DNA from: Chrysomallon squamiferum
Lineage: Eukaryota > Animalia > Mollusca
Assembly (NCBI GenBank): GCA_012295275.1
Contig: CM022674.1
Coordinates: forward strand, 5,704,001 to 5,768,000
Reading direction: 5' to 3'
Length of the DNA stretch: 64,000 nt
In this document: positions 43,023 through 64,000 of the stretch, in pieces
Layout: each line of letters opens with the position of its first letter
Numbering within the stretch: the first letter of the stretch is position 1
Position numbers and translations under genes: made by a program
Notes under the pieces: model-generated
Database searches by the model: none
What the model saw: only the letters and a program-made list of their open reading frames with translations
Told to the model about the DNA's origin: nothing

Positions 43023-43668
43023 CAGGGCTCAAAATGGCTACTCGCCAGGTAGCCAAATGTGACCAAAGTTCCAGTTTTGGGCAACTGGGATATTAAAAAA
43101 ATTATGGGTCAGTTGCCCAAAAAACTTTTTCTTCTTCTTTTTTTTGCTCTGTAATTTATAACACTATTAATAATTTTACTGCAAATATTTATTTCACATA
43201 AAAGGTTTGTTTGTAGTTTGATATATTGGACGTATTGGCTTACCTTAATTTGCCAGCAACTATTTATAAACACTAATTTTGTAGACCAGTTATGTATGCA
43301 GTTTACTGAGGCCTTGATTAACAAAACCATGAGTCTTGCTTGCCCAGTATCACAAAACTGATTGTGACCATTCAGATCATCTCAGCTGAATACGCAGACA
43401 AATTCGAGTGCTCCCAAATGCCATCTGAGCTTCTGTCATCTGCTTCATAGCATTCTGATTTCTGGGATTTTTCTCTTTGAATTGATTTGTTTGACTGGCT
43501 GGCTAATTTGGTGCCTATTGAAAAGACTAATCTTACTTCAAGTATACGTTTTTGCTTTGGGCTACTAAAAATGAATCTGGGCCCCTGAATTTTTTTCAAA
43601 AATAATATTTAATGGTACAAATTATGTTTTGTGGGCCACCATACATTTTAGATGAGTTTTGAGCCCTG
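43023..43668. mobile_element. Non-autonomous DNA transposon (MITE), hAT-like
   Basis: Perfect 12-bp terminal inverted repeats CAGGGCTCAAAA (43023-43034) and TTTTGAGCCCTG (43657-43668). Flanking 8-mers agctacta and acctatta match at 6/8, consistent with a decayed 8-bp target site duplication. No transposase ORF. Confidence 0.8.
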
Positions 43669-43761
43669 ACCTATTAGTAGGTATAAAACCTGTACTCACA
43701 GAGGTCCCAGGAAAAAAGAAAAGAAAAAAAAAAAAAGAACAAGACTACAATAAAACTGTTA

Positions 43762-46700
43762 TCATTGAATCCTGTGTCTTCGTCTACTAGCAGACTTTTG
43801 TTTTTTGACAATTACTTGTTGGTCATCCACCAAGCTAACAAGTCTGTAAACAATACACATGAAATTTCCAGGAGAACCTTTGATGGTTTCCACAACAGTG
43901 TCGAGATCAAGAATTACTTTGTGTTCATCATACTGAAAATGAAGTCGGAAATAAGATTTGTCAATTATATGACTACCATGTCTGAAACAAACAAGCACAA
44001 ATTCTAAGATATGCTTTAAAAACATTTACTCAACTCTGTCAAGTGAATGCATGTCAGAATGACTAGCCACTAACTCTAACTTTTAAAAAAGATTCAGAAA
44101 ACCTAATTTAAAAAAACTGGTTTTATGGAAACATCTTGCACATTGAATATTTACTTAAATAATTTGGAACAGTATAGATGAAAACATCTTCAGAATATTA
44201 CTAAATTTATTTATAAAAATTTATCTACTATTTGAACAAAATATTTATTTAAAAATGTTAAATGACATACTTCAGGATAGGGTACATGTAATGATATATC
44301 TCTTAATTTCTTGCCAGTGAGGTTGTCATACAAGCCAAGTGTGGACAGACGATTTCCTTCAGATGTCTCAGTTACAGAAGAAACACTCAGTACATCCAAT
44401 TCATCTTCATACTCTACACCATCAACCTCCTATTTAACCAAGATTTTTATAATAAAAAAATAAGAATGTTAAAAAGGGGTTATAAAAAAAAAAATCAAGT
44501 AAATAAAACCACATTTTTAAGATAAATAAAAATGTTTAAAAACATAAAAAACAAAATAAGAATTTAAAAAATAAATAGTAACAATAACAATAAATAATAG
44601 ATTCAAAATAATAATAAAAGTTCTAAATTTAAAATAAAAATAAGAAACAATAAATAAAACAGAAGAATAAATAAAATATATCCAAATTTATGATTAAAAA
44701 ATTAAAATAATAACCAAAGAATCAGTTTGTTAATAAACATTAATTTCTTTTTTCAAAGAATAAATAAAATCTAAGTATTAAATTTAAACTGTTTCAATTT
44801 TAACCATGAAATGAATAATCAATAACAACATCAAAAACAGTTTGAAATTTCTAAAATTGTATTTAATAATCTATCTTATATCAGACTGTATTAGTTCAAA
44901 CATAATCTGACCGAAAGTGTGAAGCTGGAGAAGACTTCGTTGTGAGATCTTCTGCGATTGCTTCTTCGACCTGATGATGTCACAACTACTGGATTATCCT
45001 AGGAACATGTAAAAATTATTCTTTTATAAAAACTTTAGGTAATTTAATTACAGAAATCATTCCTGATGATGTCACAAGTACTGGATTATCCTAGAAACAT
45101 GCAAAAATTATTATTTTATAACAGCTTTAGGTAATTTAATTACAGAAATCATTCAAGCCTTGCAAAAATAACATCAAAAGTAATTCAATTAATAAAATCA
45201 TTCCTGATGATGTCACAAGTACTGGATTATCCTAGGAACATGCAAAAATTATTCTTTTGTAAAAAATTAATGTAATTTAATTACAGAAATCATTCAAGCC
45301 TTGCAAAAATAACATCAAAAGTAATTCAATTAATAAAATCATGCCTGATGATGTCACAAGTACTGGAGTATCCTAGGAATAGGCAAACATTATTCTTTTA
45401 TAAAACATTAATGTAATTTAATTACAGAAGTCATTCAAGCTGTGCAAAAATAACATCAAAATCAGTTCAATTAATAAAATCATTCCATCTTTAAATAAAA
45501 TATCAATAACTGAAACATAATATAAACAACTGTATATTTTTTTTTTTTTTAAAGAATAGTCTCCTAAAGATTTCCTTATTCTTCTTTTTTGGGGGGAGGA
45601 AAGCTATTATTTTCAATTAAATAATTTCTTTAAAGAATGAGGTTGTACAAGGATGCACCTATTAAATACCTATAGAAAATACTTAATAATAAAGATTTTA
45701 TAAAATAATAGAACTTACAGGAATGTTGGGATTAACATTGATAGTGAAAAGCCTTTCAACTGAACTCCACACTCCATCTTCACCAGCTATTTTAAAAATT
45801 CTGAATTGAAAAAAATAATAGAAAATAAAAAAAACAAAAAAAAAAAAAAAAAAACCTCTCATTAATTTTCATTACAAAAGAAAAAAAAAAATCATATTTT
45901 GAAAACAAAAAATATGTTCATTAAAAAAAAAAAACCACAAAAAAGGAGAAACATTCATCAAAAATAATTATTAGTAATTCTACTTTAGTAATCTTTCACA
46001 GTTAGCTCTGATTTCTAAACGATGACTTTTTCTCACAGTACATTTGTATCCTGAACAGAAAGGGTTAATTCACAACAGTTTTAGCAAAATCTTTATTACA
46101 CGACTACAGAAAGCTAACATCATTATATATAGGAATCTAATATCAGTATAAATATTCTAATAGTTGTGAACCTAACAGAAAAGGATTAACATTAATCAGA
46201 CAAATAACCTCTTCTCTTCTGACTTTACATACTTTTATGTACTGACAGAGAATGGTTAATTATGTAACGGAGGCCTAAGCAGTGACAGAGTTAAGGCAAC
46301 CAGATTTATCTTATCTTTTCTGACCCATTATGACTAAAGATATTCCTGGCTAAGTGTAACTGACAGAGAAAAGGATAAATTTTTTTTATTTTTAAAAAGA
46401 CACTTGGCAATGAATGGGTTAAGAAAGTTACAGTATTACCTGACCTCTTCTGACCCTGCGTAAATAATCCTACCAGATTCATCTCCATGAAAAACTGCAT
46501 GGTCTGGTAGATAGATGCCTTCAGGTCTTACAAGAGTCCCATTTTCTGCCTTTTGAAAAAAAAAATGAAATTAAAAATGACTATTTCATTTTATTTATCT
46601 TGTTGTTTTTTTTTGTTTTTTTTTCATTATTATTATGCCTAATTTAAAACATAAGAGTGTTTATTTAAGCTTAAAATTAGTTTTAAATAAATGGATGAAA

Positions 46701-49700
46701 CAATGGAAATTTAATTGTAAATGTACTGTCTCATTCTGCATGGTAATTTGTCCCTTTATTTCCAGCTAGATATTTAAAATTTAGTATGCATATTTAAATT
46801 TTAAAAACAGAAAGTAAATGTAAATTTTTAAATTTTTTATAATAAATTATAAAAATATATAAATTAAAAATAATTAAATTACTGCAGAGAAAAATTATTT
46901 TTCATAATCTTTTAGCAGAATATAATTAAAATAAAATTTAGCCCTGTACTGATGTATATGTATACGACAAGTATACATTAACTACAACTGTTACAATTAG
47001 CAACACACCAATTGTTGTGTGGCAACAGAGTACACACTGTACTCACTGAACTTTCCATATGGAGTGATGAGATAATGCCATGGAAAACCTCCAATTTGCA
47101 AGTCCTGGTTAGCTGCACGGACGGACAACAGGACTGGCGGACATTCTGAGAAAACCAAAAATATTATTATAGAACAAAGTGTCCGTATTCAATAAATCAT
47201 ATTTAGCAAAGTTACACAGTAAACTTGGCTTTACAAAGCTGTACATATGAGGATTATTGTAAAAGATTCCATATTTTTGAAAATTTCAATATTTATGTTA
47301 AAAAAAGAAGTTTAGTTCTTTTCTGTATCATTCTGTATAGTAATGTGTTACTTTCTTTCCAGCTAGATATTTACAATTTTCTTTCTTAGTTAATACAGTG
47401 CAGAATGTGAAAAATCTAAAACTTGAAAATATTTGTATTTAGATAAAATAAATCCTTGACATTATACAGTAAAAATTCCATAATTTACTAATATCAGTTT
47501 GGAATGGGAAAACCAATCCAAACAACAAAAATAGATAATGAATTCTAAGTTTAACCAAAGTATGAATTAAAGATTACACTGAAACATTTTCCATACTATG
47601 AAACAAATAAGGAGAAAAATCTAACAAAATGCTTCAATGAAACCTACTCAAGAAATTTCACAAGCGTAAATTCTACTTGCTTAACGAAACAAAATGGAAA
47701 GTAATGATTTGTTAACTTACCTGTAATTTTTATGTTAATTGGAGTTCCTGAAGGATACTGTCCACATATGGAGTCAGTACCTGGGATGTGCTCATTTAAA
47801 TTCACATGGTATAACCTAAACTGGTTAAATGTAAAGTGGAAATTGTTATTATTTATATAAAATAGTTTTATTCTTAGTGGATAAATTACTCCAACTTATG
47901 AATACATAATTTTTTAATAAAATATATCCAATTTTTTTTTTTACAATTAATTATTAAATAAAATTTAACCCTAAACTGGTTAAATTGTAAAGTGGAAATT
48001 AGTTTTGGGGTTTCTTAGCAGATATATTACTCTGAATTACTATTGTATCCTTCTTTAATGAAATATATGAAACCAGTATTTTTCACATAAATTAATTATT
48101 AAATAAAAATATGCTGAATATCAAAGGTTAACATTAATATTAAATGGTTTTTGGGGGAAACTGTATGTTTTACAGATTAATATCAAATATAACCAAATTT
48201 GCTAAATCAGTTATGCATGGCCTGTATGTTTTATCTTAGTCATACTTAGTTGCTAATCATCATTATCAAATATTAATTTCTGCCTGCATTAACTATTTTT
48301 TTTTCAATTAGAATACCATTAAGGTTCAAAAATAACACTTCGAGTTTTGTACTGTTCTTCTCATAAAAATGTTACTTAAAATAAATTTAAAATGTTTAAA
48401 TAATAATTATTACTGTAATTACCATATCAATGATGTAAGGAAGACTGAAAATTTTTATATGACCTGTGTTGTACATGACAATCAACATGTCAGAGGTAAT
48501 CATGGCACCTGACTGGTCATACCCAAAGATCTAGGAAAAAAAAAAAATTATTAATTATAATTTATGAAAAATAAGTATTATTGATTTTTTTTTAAATTCT
48601 GTTTCATCCAACAGGGTAAAATATTTAACTTACATAAAATACCAGTCTGCTGTTGAACATGTTAACACCCCATAGAACAATAGTTATGAAAGTGAATTTA
48701 TCTGCAAAAGATATAACTTCCCCCCTCACACAAAAATGCAATACAGAGATACAACAGACAGAACAAAGCATAAACAACTAAGATAGGTTTAAAAGAAACT
48801 GAAATAAGTTTGTTGTTGTTGTTATACAGTTTAAGAATTAAACTGCTATTAACACAATAAAACATATGGAACAAAAAGTAATTTTTTTTAAATAAATTTA
48901 TTTGTTATAATTTATCATGACTAAATTGAGTTAAATATTTTGGAAAGGAAACCAACAATATATTCAACACCTTGAAATTAACTTAACCATAAAAAATTAA
49001 TTCCCAGTTTACTTTAATAACCATGTTTTTCTATCCAAAAACACACCATAGTTATGATAGTATACTTTTAACAAACCATTTTTTTGTCCTTTGACATTAA
49101 ATCTTTAACCTATGTTTTTGTACCTGTCTGTCTATTTCCAGCTGACCAACAAACTGTAGTGGAAGAACATCAAACAAAATAAAAATCACTGCTACTCTTG
49201 GTCTTGTGTACTGAAACAAAAATGAATCATTCACTCTCAACTGTTGAAAATGGTTTGATGTGTTATGGGTCTCAGGAACATTCTTATTTAATGTCAGTAA
49301 TGGTTGATGAAATTTTAAAAGGTCTAAATAAAAAAATCCCTTGTTGCTAATTAGTAAATGAAGTGGCAGCAGAAAATAATTTGTTTTTTAGATTTTCACT
49401 CCAAAATATATCTAATAATTATAAATGTAAAAATGTACAGGACTTTTGTCGAACATTATTCATTTACTTGTTTTTGCCCTTTTTTCTTTTTAAAAAAATA
49501 ATGTTACTTGTAAATAATATAAAATATAACAATTTCAGACAATATCCCAATTTCAAAAATAATTTATGAAAGGAATAATATTTAGTTAAAACTACCTCTT
49601 GTCGCTGATGAGATGATGTTGCTTTCAAAACAATGCTGCTGCCACTGTTGTTCCAAGAGATATCCCTGTTTTGAACAAATAAAACAAATACTTAAAGTAC

Positions 49701-49779
49701 CTTAACATTAACTTAGGATATATCATTTAAAACTTGTCAAGATATTATTAAATAACAATAATAATATTAATAAATAAAT

Positions 49780-49816
<37 letters not shown>

Positions 49817-52057
49817 ATACTAAACCTGAGTTTGTATCTGGTTAATGAATTTATAAAGATACGTTGTATCAGACAACCCGTATCAAGATGGTACTGGACG
49901 AGGTATTGGTCTTTAGTGATGGTCAGTAAACTGTTTTTACTGGTCTCTGTTATTGGTGGAAGACAATTCTGAAAATAAAATAAAATAAAATAATAACTAT
50001 TAAAAAACAGATATGTTCTAAAAAGTAAAAAACAAAAATAAATGAAATGAAATGAAATGAAATAAAATAAAATAAAATAAAACAAAGAAAACTGATATCA
50101 GAGATGATTTATACCTCTACATAAAAAATTTCAAAGTTGCTGAAGTTCTGAATTTAAATTACTTTTGACAGTGATCTCAACACTATATAAATACTGCAGT
50201 AAATACCTTATTTAAATCGTCAGTTTTTAAATTAGGATATTACTACTTACTAAGTTAAGGCAGATTAAGGCATCTTCAATTTTGGGATTTACAGGTAGAT
50301 TATAAAGTAACCTTGGAAATGAAGCTGTTGATCTGCAAACAATTACAAAATGATAGTATTGAAATAAAACATTGTTATATATATATGTATGTCTAAATGT
50401 ATTATAGTAGAAGTAAATACTGATATTTAAAAACAATTTATATTATTATAGTAAAAATAATAATGGTAAGAAATTAAAAACTAAAACAAAAAAATATATC
50501 TAGTACTACCTGTTAATGCACAAATGAATAAAAAAAAATGGAAGATTGTTCATTATTATATGCTTATAAAAAAATGTACAGGGATGCATCACTGCAATTA
50601 AAATACAAAGACTCACCCTCCATAACACTGAGCATAGTTTTCAAAATAAATATATTTTCTGGAAAAAAATAAAAATAACAGAATTAGGCCAAAAAAAAAA
50701 AAAAATCTTTTTACTACTTTTAACATACTGGATATAAACTGTGTTCATACATTTGTATAAATTCAAGGGTATCCTTTACATAACATTACATCATTTTTAA
50801 ATATCATTTTTAAATGAGATAATTCTGAGTTATTCAAAATAATGTAAACATTTCTGAATTTTCACATTTTCTGCGATCTGCTATAATTTAATAAACTGTA
50901 ATTTAAAAAAAAATATGATTAACTTTTATTTTTTTCTGAAACAATGCTGCATTTTTAATGCCCAATGTATGCCTGAATACTTTTGAACCCTAATATGAAG
51001 TTTATATTTAATATAGCAACATGAAATCATAAGCAGTTTCAAATGAAATGTCAGTGAACTGTGTACTTTCTCAAAATATTTAATTCAGTTATTTTTTAAA
51101 TACTTTTATATTATTTAATGATGAAAGGCATTACAAGATGCTTTAGTCTTCAGCTTCACTTTCAACAAAATTTATTATTACTTTAAGAATATTCTTTATT
51201 CCTGTATAAAAACATAAAATAATATTCAATAAAACAACCGATAATTTATTTTAAAACATTACCTTTCATATGATATATGCTTGCCTGACTTCTTTTCCCA
51301 AACTTTCTTGAATGTTGTATTTCCCTGAAAAACACAAAGAAACAAAAATATATATATATATATATTAATTTAAAATGATTTATATCTTTGAATGAAGTTA
51401 ATATTAATAATAATAATAAAAAATAAAAAAACATCCATAAGCAACCAATGTCAAAAAAAACAAACAAAAAAACCCCAAAGTCTTAAAGTTGCATTTCATT
51501 CTCGGATAACCACAAAAAATAAATGCAACAATCATCACAGTGAGAAAAAAATGGGTCAGAAGGCGACGATTTGTTAAGAGTGCATGAAACTTAAATTCAG
51601 AATAATGCTAATTAACAACACATATAAATATATCACAATTAATTAAAATTAATCTAACTGGAATGTGAAACAAAAATAACTGATGGGTTTAAAATTGTAA
51701 AACCTAAATAAATTTACCGTCTGCTATACAATGATTAACTTTGGATGACGTCACATCTGCTGCCAAATTTCTTTTATGGCGGCAAAAGTGGAAGAAGAAA
51801 AAAAAAAAAAAAAACCTGAAATAAAATACTACTACTAATAAAAAAAAAAAAAAAAATGCTAATGACTAATAAAATGTTCTTACCTGAATTAAAATGATAA
51901 CGAATACTTCACTTACCCGACATATTAATGTTCTCAAAACACCAAGGACTTTATGTTGATGACCATTAAAAACATATTCTCGAGATCGGAGAACCAAAAA
52001 TACATTTTGATGATTTCCGGTGACATTCGTTTTTGTTAAGTATGTTTTGTGACACAT
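43762..52057 (-). CDS. DCAF17: DDB1- and CUL4-associated factor 17 homolog (526 aa, 15 exons)
   Basis: Exons (minus strand): 52057-51917, 51324-51263, 50658-50617, 50332-50251, 49968-49826, 49665-49596, 49210-49124, 48530-48423, 47820-47721, 47145-47009, 46549-46440, 45800-45719, 44998-44912, 44429-44271, 43932-43762; 1581 nt in frame. Motifs recalled from DCAF17: FKKVWEKKS..ISYER.YIYFENY, KIEDALI, FDVLPLQFVGQLEIDRQIFG, LIVMY..G, PINIKITECPPVL, QIGGFPWHYL, FHGDESGRII, VTSSGR, EYEDELDVL, LYDNLTG. Confidence 0.93.
44970..45486 (-). repeat. Tandem array (units at 44970, 45062, 45203, 45344; period 141 bp after a first 92-bp unit) copying the DCAF17 exon-13 acceptor and exon start
   Basis: cctgatgatgtcacaa(c/g)tactgga(t/g)tatcctag(g/a)aa occurs four times. 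Confidence 0.88.
47813..48110 (-). repeat. ~150-bp imperfect tandem duplication containing the DCAF17 exon-9 acceptor
   Basis: cctaaactggttaaat(t)gtaaagtggaaatt occurs at ~47815 and ~47970, and the downstream ttcttag..gata.attactc and aattaattattaaataaaa blocks also match. Confidence 0.75.
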
Positions 52058-52662
52058 AATATAGTATTAAATAAGCTGTTAAATTGAAAAGCATAGCAGA
52101 GATAACTATGCGTTTCTTTTCACTCCTGTCATCACTGCATTAATTGGTTTGTAAAAATTTAGACGATTTATCTACCAACATTTTCACCTAACTTTTCACA
52201 TTTTCCGCCCGACTTCTTCTTCGTTTGTATTTTCTTTCTTTCTTTAGAAGCATCAAGCCAGTCTGCGTTACCCTTATTTTATTACATCATCACAAGATAA
52301 TTAAATCTTATAACTATATTATTATATAATTCTTGACAAAACGTAATTATTAAAACTTACTAATGAAATATATTTAATTTGGAAATCAAGATAAAGACAA
52401 TTCGAATTTTCAATCAGTAGTTGTCTCCCTTGTACCACAAATGATCTGTTAACACCGTAATTCTTTTGTTTTTTGTGTTTTTTCTGGGGGGTTTTCTGGC
52501 GTTTTGCTTTTTCTATTATTACTATATATATATAGAAATAAATTTAAAACTGACCATGTATTATGAGCTTATCTGTAAACTTAAACAATTATACTTTTTG
52601 AAAAATTCTTTATATCATTATCATCATAATCACCATCGTTATTGATGATGGTTTTACAACTA

Positions 52663-52705
<43 letters not shown>

Positions 52706-53679
52706 TATTCATTCATTCATTCATTTTATTTTATATTATTTTATTTTATTTTTATTAAGCTATTTTGTTAACGGAAACTTACAAGGGAAAAGGGACGCCA
52801 TATGTTAATGTCAAATTTGTATCGTTACCTTTATCGTGTAGATTTGGCAAATGTTTTCAGAAATCTATTACGATATCATATTATTATTCAGCATGATGTA
52901 ACATTATATATCAATTGTTAATTTATAGTTCTCGATTCATGTATAAACGTCGTGAAATAATTAAACTGATACTAATGTCAAGGTTAAAAATAATTTAATA
53001 TAGATAGTATTATATCCAACCTTAATTATTTATTTTATTCAGTATTTATTCTGCTAAATGTACAAATTTTCCTTCGTCTATCCTTGGCAGTATGACTGGA
53101 TTTTTTATGTAGAATTCAATCAAAGTTTGTAAATTAATTATATCTGAAATTAAGGACAAGTATAATTATTTTTTGCATATATATGTACCTTTGTATGTAT
53201 GTATGTAGGTTCGTAGGTAGGTAGGTATATATGTTTTGGTGTATACGCATGTATAAGTGTGTGAGTGTATGTCTGTATGTATTTATGTTAATATAATTAT
53301 GTGTGTGTATATATATATATGTACCTGTTCTGTTATTGTTCTCATAGTTGTTGTTAGTATTATCATAATAAATATTAAAGTACATTTTATTGTTGCTGTT
53401 ATAAGTGAAACATTTATTATTTATGAGTGAACCAGTGTCGGTTGCAGACGTTTTCAATGCACAAAACGTTAACATTCTGTTGTCTGCTGTATCTCAACCA
53501 AAACTAATATTTTATGTCTAATCAAATCATCTAACATCTTTTTGTAGGTTAACATGTTTTTCATTATTCAGTTAAAAGTAGAAAAATAATGATAATAAAA
53601 TTAATAACAAAATAATATTTCAAATTAATAATAATAATAATAATGTGTGTGTGTGTGTGTGTGTGTGTGAGGGAGTCTG

Positions 53680-53760
53680 TGTGTGTGATTTCCGAATACA
53701 TTGCCCATAACAAGATATGAGAGACAATAGTCCTATTACAATTGTTAAAAATAGGTGATT
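53680..53760 (+). repeat. Short interspersed repeat, copy B (matches 19928-20000)
   Basis: Same shared core as 19928-20000. Confidence 0.75.
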
Positions 53761-53775
53761 TTCTTTATTATTATT

Positions 53776-53808
<33 letters not shown>

Positions 53809-54399
53809 ATTATTATTATTACTGCTGCTGTTATTTTTGTTGTTTGTTTCTGTATGTGACTGTGCATTAGATAGCGATTAAAATAAAGTAATTATTAAAA
53901 GTTACATAATGAAACTTAGAAGGAAAAGATCAGTTTCCGTGTTATAAATAAATATTAAACTGTTGTGACCCGGATATTCACCTTGAATCTGACCCGGATG
54001 TAGGCGAACAGTTAATTAATTAACAAGTTATATATCTGGACATCACAGAAATATATTTCAGTGTATTATCAAATATATAACAACAGTTATACTAAGCTGT
54101 ATTTTTAATTTCATTTAATTTTATTTATTTATTTGTTTGTTTGTTTGTTTGTTTTAGTTTTTATTTATTTATGTATTTGTTCGTTGAATTAATTATATTG
54201 CATTGTATTTATTTTATTTATTTTATTATTATTATTATTACCTATAGTTGTAATTTGTATGATTTAATACTGATTTTAATTATGTTTACGTATGCGGTTT
54301 TTTAGTATGCTAAAGGTTATTTATATGTTTATGTCTGGTTTTGATTGTTTTGGTTTTTTTTAGGTTTTCATCTACTTTGATTTGAGAATATATTTACAA

Positions 54400-54468
<69 letters not shown>

Positions 54469-54834
54469 GATGATCTGGGGCTTTCTCCGCTCCCTGGTTA
54501 AAAATAAAATCATAAAGTAAATAAAACTGATGTCCGCAGGATATGGCATCATGCACTGGTGAAGTGATTGCCAAGGGCTGTGAATAGATATTATTTCAAA
54601 TTATAAACATTAACATATTGTTTCGAAAACCTCCTCCTTACGTAGAGTATAATCCGTCCCTTAGGTGGATAGATAAATAGATAGATAGATAAATACATGC
54701 AAATATTCACATTTTGTTCTGAACTTTATTTAACCTAAAATGAACGTCAGTCCTATTGTGATTACGTCAGGTAAAGTCACGTGCGAGTCTGCACGCGACT
54801 TTGCGTAACATTTGACGTTATGGCTGCCCTTTCT

Positions 54835-63699
<8,865 letters not shown>

Positions 63700-63896
63700 A
63701 GACAAGGAGTAAAATTATTTTTGAGACGACTTTCTGTAGCTTGAGTTACGAGTCTAACTTGTAGTTCGACAAACATTTTTTATTTTTTATTTTTTATATA
63801 TGTATGTATGTATATAATTTTGCTGCTATAGAAATGTATTTATAGACCATTTAATTTTAAATTATGTTTACGTGCGACTGAGCAAAATTGCATTTA

Positions 63897-63932
<36 letters not shown>

Positions 63933-64000
63933 CTGTTTCGCTTCGTGTCATTTTTCCGATGTATTCATACTTGTCTTTCTGCACGTTTTCTGTACAGCTT

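Noticed and set aside
43933-44025. Longer DCAF17 last exon suggested by ORF 43762..44025
   Set aside because: The phase-0 acceptor ttttcag at 43935-43933 gives the join that matches DCAF17; the upstream acceptor at 43982 leads to an immediate stop in the required frame.
44970-45380. Box C-like TGATGA motifs suggesting intronic snoRNAs
   Set aside because: They are on the strand antisense to DCAF17 and simply reflect the duplicated TCA TCA codons.

Overview
AT-rich, microsatellite-dense animal DNA with spliceosomal introns; the style suggests a mollusc, possibly a cephalopod, but that is inference. Four spliced genes were rebuilt by hand with consistent intron phases. (1) A minus-strand secreted CAP/CRISP protein with EGF and ShKT modules (9955 to 358), probably continuing off the left edge, with one GC-AG intron. 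(2) A divergent plus-strand gene for an uncharacterised 357-aa type II membrane protein (13809-27855); its C-terminal ectodomain resembles the betaglycan/endoglin orphan domain and its 3'UTR holds an array of 30-bp hairpin repeats. (3) NIP7 (32427-35184, +). (4) DCAF17 (52057 to 43762, -), convergent with NIP7. Also present: a non-autonomous hAT-like element just downstream of the DCAF17 stop, three local duplications of splice acceptors, a CpG-depleted domain over the two housekeeping genes, repeated full CRE palindromes, and a dense cluster of RFX X-box motifs at 54.8-63.7 kb. Most ORFs in the supplied track are microsatellite artefacts. All homology statements come from recalled motifs; no searches were run.
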